Of a stretch of 64,000 nt of DNA, positions 21,001 through 33,000 are shown in pieces. The position numbers were made by a program, and so were the translations under genes. The notes beneath the pieces were generated by a model. It ran no database searches, was not told the DNA's origin, and saw nothing but the letters and a program-made list of their open reading frames with translations. This DNA comes from Phallusia mammillata (Eukaryota). The stretch lies in assembly GCA_965637545.1 (NCBI GenBank), contig OZ281498.1, forward strand, positions 12,648,001 through 12,712,000, written 5' to 3'. Each line of letters opens with the position of its first letter. Positions within the stretch are counted from its first letter, which is position 1.

Positions 21001-24000
21001 CGGGAATTGCACATGTGTGCATATGTATTAACATGTATTTATTCCTTCTCAAAACATGGACTTGTTAGGAAAGCTTACATGAAATTATAACGGTTACGAT
21101 GTTATGGTTGTTGGCTGTGAAAAAATATTCCATCGTCCAGGCCTGTGCACTCTCGCCTGGTGTTACGTAATGCCACACAAGTGGCTGGATAGAAGGAGAA
21201 TGCCTTTTCAAGCGATTGCTTATGTTGTTTGTATTTCCACGCACCTATCGCTGACGTCGCTATGGTTATGTGAGTTGAAAGCGGTCGGTTTAGAGATACA
21301 GATTTCTTAAAATGACATGTTTTTCCAACGTTCATATCAGCGATTTGCCGCCCCGTACCATGTCTATGATATGCGTTGTGAATTGTTCGAATGTAAGCCC
21401 CGATTTTAAAGCAATAACCGCCTTCGAAATGTTTAGATCTAAACCTTAAACACAAGATTAGAGTTTTAACATTTGCAAAGCAGCTTCAGTCGTCGGATGA
21501 CAGTTCGTGAATCATCGAAAACCACTGTTAACGTTTGGCGCATTACACAGAGCTCACGTCGCCAAGTTCAATTGCCACACAAAGCAGCGCATTCATTATA
21601 GAGTCGGGTGTCGCGTAAACACTTTGCCGAAAGCCGAAGGTCGGACGAAAATGAATGCACCGGCGGCGACGACAAGAAGCTTGCGATGTCGATATTCCTT
21701 TCGACAACCGCAAAAATGTTCGGCTGTTTGCGGTTTGCCATGTCTTCGCTTGTCCTGTGTTACAATAGCTTGGATAGCCTCGGTTGTTTGAATATGTCAA
21801 CTGAGTGCAGTTGGTTTTACCGATCTCCGATTGTTAAAAATGGTGCTCCATTTCGAAATGTTTGTGGGACCATTTTTCGATTTCTGTCGACATTTTTAAT
21901 GAAAATTGTTTTCTTTTTTTCGCACTGTAAGTTCAACCTGCCTTGATGCGGTGTGGATTTAAAAGTTTGGTTAACGAGAGTCATCCTAGAGGTAAATCGA
22001 TACAGAGGAGAGTCCGCACATATATCGGCCTGCGATCAAGTCGTGCCGTCGAAATTAGCTTTACATCGAAACAGATCAAAAGATTGAATCGAATTATGGC
22101 GACACGGCGGAAACGATTTAATGCTGTCCCTCGTTACGCGTGACTGGGTATCAGTGACCCAAAACCCGCAGGTCATAGTCGGGTTTTCTGCAATGGGAAT
22201 TGGCAAAGTGCCAGGCGATACCTGACACCTGTCACTTGTGTTGTTTGGTTTGACAAGTCGGTTCTGTTTAGTTGTTTGACCTAAAAACTCTTGTCACTGA
22301 GTAGAGATACCTGACATGTATTTGTTCACCTTGGCAAGCTTTGCAACAAAATAGGCTAAAATGACTTTCGAAAAGTTGTTCACGAATCGCTGTTGTGTTA
22401 TTCGCTATTTTAGACAATTATGCTTGTTATAGAAAAACAATTTTCGGCGGTTTCTTTAATTTAGGGTATTTTTACACCTTGAAAGTTAATGAAACCAATT
22501 CCCTTTCCATTTTACGAACATTTATCAAATGGAAACTTAAATCCCAGTCCCTTGAAATTAAACTATGTTCCGGCTTAAACGGTTCGCAGCCATAATAATT
22601 CTATCATCAGTAAGTTAAGCCCACAACCAGCAGTACTTTCCATCAGCGGGCTTTTAATTCCCACTATAAGAGGCCTTTATTAACCCCAGCGGTTTATCGC
22701 AATTAGTTTCCACGCAACTCGAGCCTTTGATGTTTGAAAATCCCTCACCCATATGTGCACTGCGGTGATAAGGCTTTATTATCTCGTTTACAGTCTGCGG
22801 CCAGGGAAGATACAAAAGTTCACATGGCAACGAAGAATGTGTGCAATGCCCCGCTCATAGCATAAGTGCTGGGGTTTCGTCGACGCTAAGTTCAACAGGA
22901 AAAAAGGCGGCTTCACACTTTTGTGTTTGCGAACCGGCGTATTACCGAACCACCAACGAGGACATTCACTCACCTTGCACAAGTAAGTGTTTTGTGTCTT
23001 TTAGTAAAAATAGGAATTCGGGTTGAATAACCAGTGATTGACTGTCGCCTAAATTCAATTTTTTCCCAACCATAGCAATTGTTAGGGGTGTGGCATCCAT
23101 TAGGTGAGCGTTTAACCCATTTTTTATAAGGTGGGGTCCATCAGGCATACTCTCTCGAAGTGGTAACCAAATAAGCAAGCTTAACAAAATGATTTGTAGG
23201 GTCCAAAGTGGCGCCACACATTTTAAACTGACAGTCAACAATTGAATCCCAAACCCAGTGTCCTTTGAACTTGTCATCATGGAGCGATTTGGGAAATGTG
23301 TGTAAATTCCAAATTGCGTAACATGCTACTGCTTGCTTACACAATGCAAAGTTACACGTTCGGCAACCATTTATTGTAACTGATGTAATACAGTCTTTGT
23401 TTGCTGCAGTTGAAACAATGTACCATTCTTTAAAGGTCAAATGAGCCATACTTGGTGGTGCGAGCTTAGACTTATGGTACATGGTTTCGATATGAAGCTC
23501 ACATTTAGATGTCAAACACTGTTTAATCTAGGGTTTACAGCAATCACCAAACAAATCGGTTTATATCCGTTTGTTTCACCAAGACATAAAAACCACACAT
23601 GATAGGTTCGCAGCAAGGCTATGACATTGTTTGTCTAACAAAAAGTGTAAACCCGTCACTTGCATGTAACGTCAACCACCCAAACCGCAACATTTTTGGG
23701 ACATGAGACAAAAGTTTACGATGCGACATAGATACACATACCTTCGTGATGTTATGTTGTGTGTGTAATTGACAGAAACTTATCTTTGAAAAAAAAACGT
23801 GAATAACCTCAATGACCTTGGTATTTTATCTTGCATAGATAACCATGTAAACATTCAATGTTTTGAGAGACAAATTAGGAGACAATTTTATCTCACACAT
23901 ATATTGCAGAATACCTGCAGAACATGTATTTTGCAAACGTGTTTAAAGCGTTTTTTATTATCTTTGTCCTTTTTACATTTCCACCCTCATCTTGTTAGTA

Positions 24001-27000
24001 TCAGGCAAAATGCGCCTAAGATAAACATGTTACTAGTCTTTTTCAATTTGCTGTCGCGATAAGAATGTGTGTAGGTTCAATATTACATGCCCTTGTAACA
24101 ATACCGTAAGCTTTATTTATATTATTCCATATTACAGAACCACCATCTGAACCAACGTCTGTGACTTTTCATGTCAATCAAACTTTCGTTACAATTAATT
24201 GGGCTCCACCCCTCGACGATGGTGGAAGAAATGATGTTTATTATAAGTAAGTTTGAAACATTGGATTGATACTAGCTAATGTTTGTTATCTTGTAGTTTC
24301 AAGTTTATGTGCAATTAATTTTTAAAGAGTCTAGTGCTACTATTTACTACAATCTTGCATGGATCTATGCTAGAATATTAGAAAACTCCTAAATTTTTGC
24401 CCGTTGTTCGTCTTGAGCTGGCACATTCTAACAAATCCTATTTCACGCCATGCTGTCGTATTCGCTACTTTTCTTGTAAGATGTCCCATTAGTTACAGAC
24501 GTGAAATGCGATTTGTCAAAGATTTTGTGACAAATAAACTCCCTTTGAATATGTTTAAAAATCATTAAAACGTTTATAGATTCTTGGAGACCAAACTGGC
24601 CTTAACCTAAACTTGCAGCAAAATGGTTTTAGAACCACCCGTTTATTTCTTAAACTTTACCGGACACTCTATTTAAAAAAGCTCCAAAAATGATTAGCTT
24701 CAGCGAGACCGGATCCAATTTTGTTCTCTTGTCACAACATAGAGCGACTTAGCATATTTCCACGGTGCATCTGTTTGATCTCAAAGGTAAAATGCGCCGT
24801 GATAACAACTGAAGTTATTTCGTCGAACCATCACGCAATATCTCGCAGTCCGAAAACCGCAAAAGTTTCAAGGCCAATAAGCACTTGAGAGTGAAGAGTG
24901 GCGGATTAAATGCGCAGCGGGTATTTTCTTAACCTTCGCTGTTCATCTAAAGTGCCGAGTGAGTCCTTGCCGTAAATCTAACAACACGCTTTTGTAGCCA
25001 CAAAAATGCGCGCAAGTATTTCAGCTCTCAAGTACCGATAACTTGACCGTGAATTGGACATCAATATAATTCTTACGAACACAACATCATTCTCTCAGCA
25101 GAGAGTCAAACTGTGATGTTAAGAGTCAAACTCTGGATCATAGTAGAGGTGTTGTCAGAACTACTGCATTCAAACCAGTCAACTCGGTGACCCCTTTATT
25201 TTAAATAACGAACAACGCTTTTGTTACTACATGTTGGCGTTATATTTGACTAAATCTGTGGAATTTATGGGGACAAACACTACAGGTGTTTTTTGTAGTA
25301 ACGTACGGGTCAAGTCGATATAAGGCAATAACAAAGTCAACATCATGTGTCTCGTCACTTGTCTTTGTAAACACTGAGGCTATACCTTTAATGTCGTAAA
25401 GCAGAAGCTAACAATAAAGCAATAAGGCTCACCAGGTTATAACAAAAACAGATATTTTACTGCCGTTGTTTTCGTTTTTGTAGTGTTTCCTGTGATCTGT
25501 GCGAAAGGAGGTCAAAAACTGGAGATGCTGTGCATAACTGCTTTCCATGCGGATCCGGAGTAACTTACAACGTTCCCGGTCATCAAAGGATTAAAGGAAC
25601 AAGTTTAAAGATCAGCGATTTAAAGCCTTTTTCCAACTACAGATTCAAGGTAGGGTGTTGCAGCATCTGATATAAGTCACGTGTTTGTATGGTTGTCAAC
25701 ATAACATTTTGACTTGGTGCTATGTTATTGCAGGCTTGCTATTAAAACTTGTTTTAAAACTACTGCCATATGACGGATTGAAAATGAGTTTGGCGTACTT
25801 GATCCTTGTAATAGACTTGTCAAAATACGATGACATTTTTTGTACACGACTGTTGCTACTTATACATGATGTATTGAACATTCCTTCTGGCGTGTTGCTC
25901 TTTTTCGCTTTTCGGGCCCCATGGGAATTACGCTTTGTTGATCCTCCCAGCATATATACCAAAACACCCGCCGCAAAGCCTATAAAGCGCGTAATGAAAT
26001 TGTAGACACCGCATATATATATAAACCCTCTGTTTTTCAAAGTCTGTTTGAGGGCGGAGCAGCAAATAAATTGGATCTGAACCAATTTACTACAGACCTG
26101 GGGTCAACTATGTGCCATTGATTATAGAAAAGCGGATTTGCATTGTCTTGTCGCATTTTGGTGGCTACTTACCGTCCATTTGCGCGGTCTCTGCTTCATT
26201 ACCTGTGTCTTGGCCTGCATGTATTATTTATCGCGCCTTGGGAGCACCGCGGTCAGTTAGGGTGTTTCAACCTTCAACAAACATGTCACATTTGGATGAT
26301 TAGGGGTCAATTAACGTCTGTTAATATACCATGAGGTTTGACCAATGACGTAAAAATTGAAAAAATCTCTTTACAGTAATCACTTAAACACGGCTTCTCA
26401 AATCGGCAAATATATCACAACAATATTGTATTGGCGTTTTGAAATTAACTAGATTTTTTGTTTGTCCTTTTTTGCTTTTTAGACCACCACGTGGAGTGAT
26501 GGAGTGAATGATTTATTCTCGTGCACGTATAATGCCCCCGCTTAATTACATTAAAGTATTTTGTATTCCGCTTTTTGCGTGGAGATTAAAAATCACAATA
26601 GAAATTGGCCGAAGTATTACTAATTTATAAGACAGCAAAATAATGCGACTGCATAAACCGCTACACATATGTTTGGTTTTAGCTTGTAATATTGCATGTT
26701 ACTTTTGGGATTTAATTTCCGACATTTTGCAATATTATTTGACCTAATATTTCCTACAGTACAAGACTCATAGCGCACAAATCGATAAAACAATAACATG
26801 AATTGTGCTTGTACATATGTTCCCACCCTCCCGCAATCACTAACCAAATGAAATCAGCCTTGCGATCTATATTTTCAACTGTCTCTGCATACAACCTGAT
26901 GTTAAAACAATTTTCTCACTTTTTACTAATATTTGCCAAAAGTAACAAACATAACGAAAAATTTACACTTAGTAGCCTTGATAAAAATGTCGATTGATTG

Positions 27001-30000
27001 TGCGGCACAAATGCTTTAATTATAAAAAAAATATGGACAGTTTTGTATGCCCAATAGCTGCATGTCCATCAAACCGTTCTCAATTTTGGTATGATGAACT
27101 GGATCAAGTGGACGGTGGCGATATTCGTGTTAGCGATTTCTTATCATATCTTTAGCCTACGCATGTTGATCCCATTCGATTCTGCTTCTACTGGTCAAAA
27201 ATATAGCAATTATGGGTCCCCTTCCCTGAAGGGGACACATATTGTTTTTGTCCGTATTTTTTTTTCTTTGTTCTTTTTTCTGTCTAACTCTGGCTTGTGA
27301 GACCCGTTTGGTCAAGAAAAAGTGCTTGAAATTTATTGAAATTTGGACATAGATATTAATCCAAACTTGGTCCACCTGAAGTTTGACCCCAAATTACCCA
27401 GCGGTTCACCCACAGGCCCCCGAAACGTAAAATTTTTAACGCTGGTTTGTAACGCTCGTTTGGTCAAGAAAAAGTGCTTTAAATTTATTGAAATTTGGAC
27501 ACATGTTAGATATTAATCCAAACTTGGTCCACCTGAAGTTTGACCCCGATTGACCCAGCGGTTCACCCACAGGCTCCCGAAACGTACATTTTTTAACGCT
27601 GGTTTGTAACGCTGGTTTGGTAAAGAAAAAGTACTTCAAATTTATTCAAATTTGGACATATCTTAGTTATCAACTTGATTCTCTAGAAGTTTGACCCCGA
27701 ATGACCCAGCGGTTCACCCACAGGCCCCCGAAACGTAAATGTGTCTAACGCTCGTTTGGTCAAGAAAGACACTGTAGGCAGAAGTACCAAGAGAGTAACT
27801 CACTGGTTTACGATAGCGGGAGGGCTCAGCTTGACGTCGGACAGACGTTCTACGAGACGTCGTTTCAGTGATTAGAAATCAGCTGTTGTGCACAGCAATG
27901 CTATGTCATTTTATTAAGTTATCACTCACGTTTTTAGTTTTGGCGAAGGTTTTACACCTATGACGTGATTTAAACCTAATAACCGTACTTCGGTTTTGTA
28001 TATGTCAAGCAAAACTTTGTTAATCGAAGTAAAGATGAAAAAGTTAACTTGACTTTTTTGCCAAATAAATGTTTTTTTAAATGCTCGTTGTCAGGTTGGC
28101 CGCCGCATGATCACGGGTTACTTAAGGTCAACTAGTAGGTATTACAAACACAGTTCAGACCTTTCTTTCGTCATAACGTAGCGTTTTTTTTTTGACAATC
28201 AATTTAGGAGTCAATACTCATGTATAAATTAGGCTTAACAGTATTGTTGAACACCAAGGACGGCGTGCTATTGAAAACGGTGTCAAAAGTCAAACAGTCG
28301 TTTGGCGTGTGCACACTGAGAGGTTACTACAGGTCAATGGTACTTGTGTCAATATCTGGATCAAAGCAAGAGATTAGATTAAAGTATTTGTTACGTTTTT
28401 TAATGTTTTTGTAATTACATGACAATAAGAGTGCAAAAAGAATACGAACAATTTTTTGTTGTTGGGTTAATGCTTTCTAAAAATTTGTCCTTGAGAATCT
28501 AAAAATCACCGCAACATTTGTTTACTGTAAATCTGCACAAACGCGCGTGTGGGGACCCATTTGTTTTTGTTTACAAAAACAATCATATGTGTAGATCAAA
28601 TGATGTGTATAGTAAATTGCTAAATATCGTATAGAATATATAAAATGGAAGTATATCAGAAAGCCACTCTTCTAGTTTCACGGTAATTTTTAAATGTCTT
28701 GGAAATCAATTTGTTGACAATACCAAGTCTATGTCGCTTAAATCTAGTCACATTGTAACATAAAATTCTTGCCACATCGATGTCACATAAATTTCTTGCG
28801 GCATGCCGAAATTACTTTCCGTGAAAAAATATTTAATATAGGCCCGATAAAAACGGTTTCTACCACACGACAAAACAAAATGGGTTTTATAAATTCACTG
28901 CCAAGTGTGCTCCAATTTCGATATGCATTGGGACAAAATTGGATTTATTTTTAGGCCCATTGCCAAAAATTCAGGTGGTCACTTTTCTTAACTATGGTGA
29001 CACAAGGGTATTCATAAAATGCGTTTAACAAACGGAAGCCGAAAACTTTATAATATGTAGTGCTCGAAAACTCCACGTGACACGACATAACTTGTCGGCG
29101 ATCATGGAAGTCCTTTCGGTTTAGTAATCGCGCGCACGACTCACAATATAGCACAAGCGCGTAATCGCCAAGTTATAAAATATTAATGAGTTTCCAGTGG
29201 CCAAAATACGCTTATAAATCGCTGCTGGGCGCCCGTGTCGCTTGACTTGTTTGCATGATTGAGTTGCTCTGTTGTGAGCCGCTTGTTAGTGACGTGCGTC
29301 GAGCGATCGGGCAATCCATCACTTCCTAAATCAGGTCTATGTGATTCAATTTGAAGTCTGGTGTTCAGCTTGAACTAGGCTGCTCGCCGAATCTGTGGAA
29401 GTAAAATGAAGAACGGATACAACGGAAGCACGGTTATGTCACGCAAAAACCTTAACGTTAAACCGCTTTCAGGCTGTATACTCATTTTAATAAACGAAAA
29501 GTATTCGCATGTACAGTTTTTTAAAAACAGTTTAGTCGCGGACTGTGAACGCCCAGTTAGTTTGTCTTGTTTACGGTTAGTTACAAAAAAACCAATAAAC
29601 AAAGAATTATAAAATTAGCACTTGTGTTAGTGCTATGTACAACAAAAAAATGGCTTTCGGTACTGAGACTCCTATTTCTCTTCATTTCTCGTGCTTTGTT
29701 TTAGAAAAAAATGGGTTCTAACAGGTAGCCGAGGTTAAATGTCATGGTTTAGTCGGTTGCATACGACGAGCTCCTTGCATTATTCACCACGGGAGAGTTT
29801 GTTGATCCTGTTTGTCTGATAAGGGCGCATTAATAGGCTTATTGGGGGACGCTATTGCCAAAGGGTAAGTGCATTAAACAATCGGGTTTTCCATCACACA
29901 CCGGAGACAACCTCCGCTATGGGACCAACTAATTCGCAACGTCAATGTGTCGCAAGTACTAGCCTCGATGCGCTCACGTTTGTGTCCTGGTTTTAGTTTT

Positions 30001-33000
30001 TACTGAGAGAGTTTTTACTGTTTTTCCTTAGATCTTTGCAATGAACGGAGTGAGTGCCTCAAGCGAAACGGCTCCGGAGCGCGCTCTAGTGTTTGCAGTC
30101 ACCCCGGAAGCAGGTAAGAGGCACATGTGTAAAAAATTGGCTTTTCTGTTGAAAAATGAACATATTTGCTGGATTGGTCTCGTTTGAGTTCATGCCACTT
30201 GGGCGACAAAACTAAAATAGATTTTTGACATCTTTTTTGTCCAACACGTTAAAGGTGTGTCTGAAAATCCCGCCTTCTGTCCACAGCTTGCCAATATCCA
30301 CATTCAGGATAAGATTTGTAATAGTACTTGTTGGACATATTCGCGAATATCACTTAAATCCATGGATTTACAACGAACCCACATTTCGTTTTCTGACTCG
30401 TGTTTGATCGCATGCCTTTATACATCACATTGGCCGCAAAAGCAATCGTAGCATTTCGATTCCGACTTGCTTAATCTGCCGCCTTCGAAACATGTTCGCC
30501 ACTGACTTCTCGCGACGCAAATCGGCAAAACGTGACGGATTTGCCGCCGTTCTCTCGTGGCAACAAACAGATAATCCCTGGTTTTAGCGACGCGAAACCT
30601 GCCAAGTTCTTATCCTGGCGTCGCGTAGCAGCGACACGTTTACTCCTATGTGTATAAATAGGCGTTTGACACGCGTGTTGATACACAAGCGTACAAAAAA
30701 CTCAACCTGCTTCATATTCTGTTTCCCATATCACTTTAAATTGCAGCAAAGTTAGACAACTTTTACGCTCACATTTAAATTGACAAACAGCAGCTTTCCA
30801 ATTTACGTGAGTTTAATCAAGGAGTCAGGTTATTGCAGCGACAGAGTTCGACCCTGGGTTAATCGGATTTCTGGCGCGCGATCTTGTTGATAAGAGAACG
30901 CGTGAACCGGCCTGGCGCAGGATGGCTTGCGGTGAGCACCCGCCGATCCGGATTAAAGCAGCCATCAACGCTTCGGGCACAACAATGCGTCTTCTTGTTT
31001 AATGCCAATATAGCAGACGGGCAGGTGCACTTGTCATGTTAGGTCCATTTTGAAAGCCTTTGCTGCATGTCACACAAAGAAAAAAAGGTTCAGTTTTCAG
31101 GTTGTCTGACATTTTTTTTGTTAATTATGCATGGTAATTTTTTCAGCAGTAACTCAAAGATTATATTAACAGATTAAAAAATAAAGTTGTAATTTGTCCA
31201 AAAATGTAACTTATTGAGTTGGACTTTGTTTTTTTAAGAATGGTCATGTATTTAATGCACTTTTTTGATCCCAATAACGTAACGCTAAACCGATTTCAAA
31301 CTTGAATAGTTGATAAAACGTATGTTTACCAAATTCCGGTCAAAATAGCTTTGAAAACCTTTGCGTTCCTTGTTATGACATCATCGCTATGCAGTCGCTG
31401 ATAAGAAACCTCACTGAAATTCATCCTGTTGCTCTATGATAGTGGTGTACCGTGGAATGTCGGGGGATGGCACTGCAGCATATCTGTGGCAAAAAAGTTC
31501 ATCGTCCCTTTGGCGATAGATTATATCTTGATGCACATAGCTCGCATTTTTGCACTCCTCTGCCAAAAGATTGCTGTCCGTCATTTGGAGTTAATTAGCG
31601 GCAACTTGTACACATATGGCCTCTTGTTGCAGGGACATATATGGCATCAATATGCCCTGCGAACATATAATACTGGGCATCATATATTTTGAAAATAAAC
31701 AATCCGGTATGATTGGCGTGCAAAGCAAAGAAAAATAACCTAAGGTTCTGTGCATATGAATGGCGTAAACGAACCATACATAATACACAAAAAATGTATC
31801 GATAAAAGTTTAAAGCAGGGATGGGCAACCTTTTTTACTGTAGAGCCAATTATAAATGTCAAAAATGATCGAGGGCCGCACATGTGCATAACACAAAGTG
31901 ATTTTGCTTTGTTTCTTACCAAATATGCTTAACTACAAGTATAATTCGTATTTGATTCTAGCCACATTTTGCCAGATCGCAGAAAACTAGCATCAGGCAC
32001 ATTAATCAGCTCAAAAATATGTAATATTTGGACTCGTTTGCCAGTACTTTTGAAATCCAAGCGTCTCTGCGGGCCGCACAAGCTCTAATGAAGGGCCGCA
32101 GGTTGCCCACCCCTGGTTTAAAGTCATCGAATTTTAATTAAATTTCGTGTGTTGTGTACAACGTCGGACAGTGGTGTCACTTGCAATTATCGTTAGGGTC
32201 AGCTTAAAAATTCCCTAATCACTAAAAACATTAAGTAACGAAAACAGGATTTCCTTAAGATGGAAGTCACCACGACGTTAAAACCGTCGCCCTCTACTGC
32301 TTCTGAGTTTACATTTTTAAACCGAACTGTTTGACCCACAGCAGCGTGGTGGCACGCAGCGGGAACCACTAATGTTGTGAGTGTTCATAAACATCGATAC
32401 GTGGAATTGGGACGGGACTTTGCACCGGTATGCCCTGTTTACTTCATACGACTCCGCACACCGTAAATGCACCGGCTCTCACCACTTAAGGTTGATATTG
32501 GTAATTTGTGACCTTTCAAATTTTAACCACCTCAAAAAACCTTACTGGTACAAAGAAATGGGAGCCAGTACCGTTCTCAAAACGATAATTGATTAAAAAA
32601 TCCAGCCACAAATATATTAAATTTCATTTACGTTTTAGAACGGTCTTTTTGGAGAAGAATCGTGTATGTTAAAATCTTACCGATCTCTCCTTAGTGTTCA
32701 GATGTTTGTGGTCTCCTGATTCGAGACGTAAACATTCGGGTCATTGTAAATTTTCTAGGTCAGCAATCCGTCGATCCGGGGGCCATGCACGGTAAATTCA
32801 CCCAGTGTAGAATTACAAAGACGCGCACTTGTTAAAATGACCATGAACGTACAAGTGTTGCAAGTTGGAGGTGGTTTTGCCTGTTCTCAGCTTGTCGCTT
32901 GTATTTGGGCGTTCAAAGGTCCTCGTTCGTCATCACATGAAAAGCCTTTGGTTTGGGTTTGTGGGAAAGTTTCAACAGATGCGTTTCCCCTGGGAGTTGC

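Noticed and set aside
27091-27300. ORF with hydrophobic N-terminus ([18 protein letters not shown]...)
   Set aside because: Runs into the repeat element and T-tract, with no recognisable domain or exon partners.
27305-27767. Possible CRISPR-like array
   Set aside because: Whole ~150-bp units repeat with no unique spacers; eukaryotic context, no cas genes.
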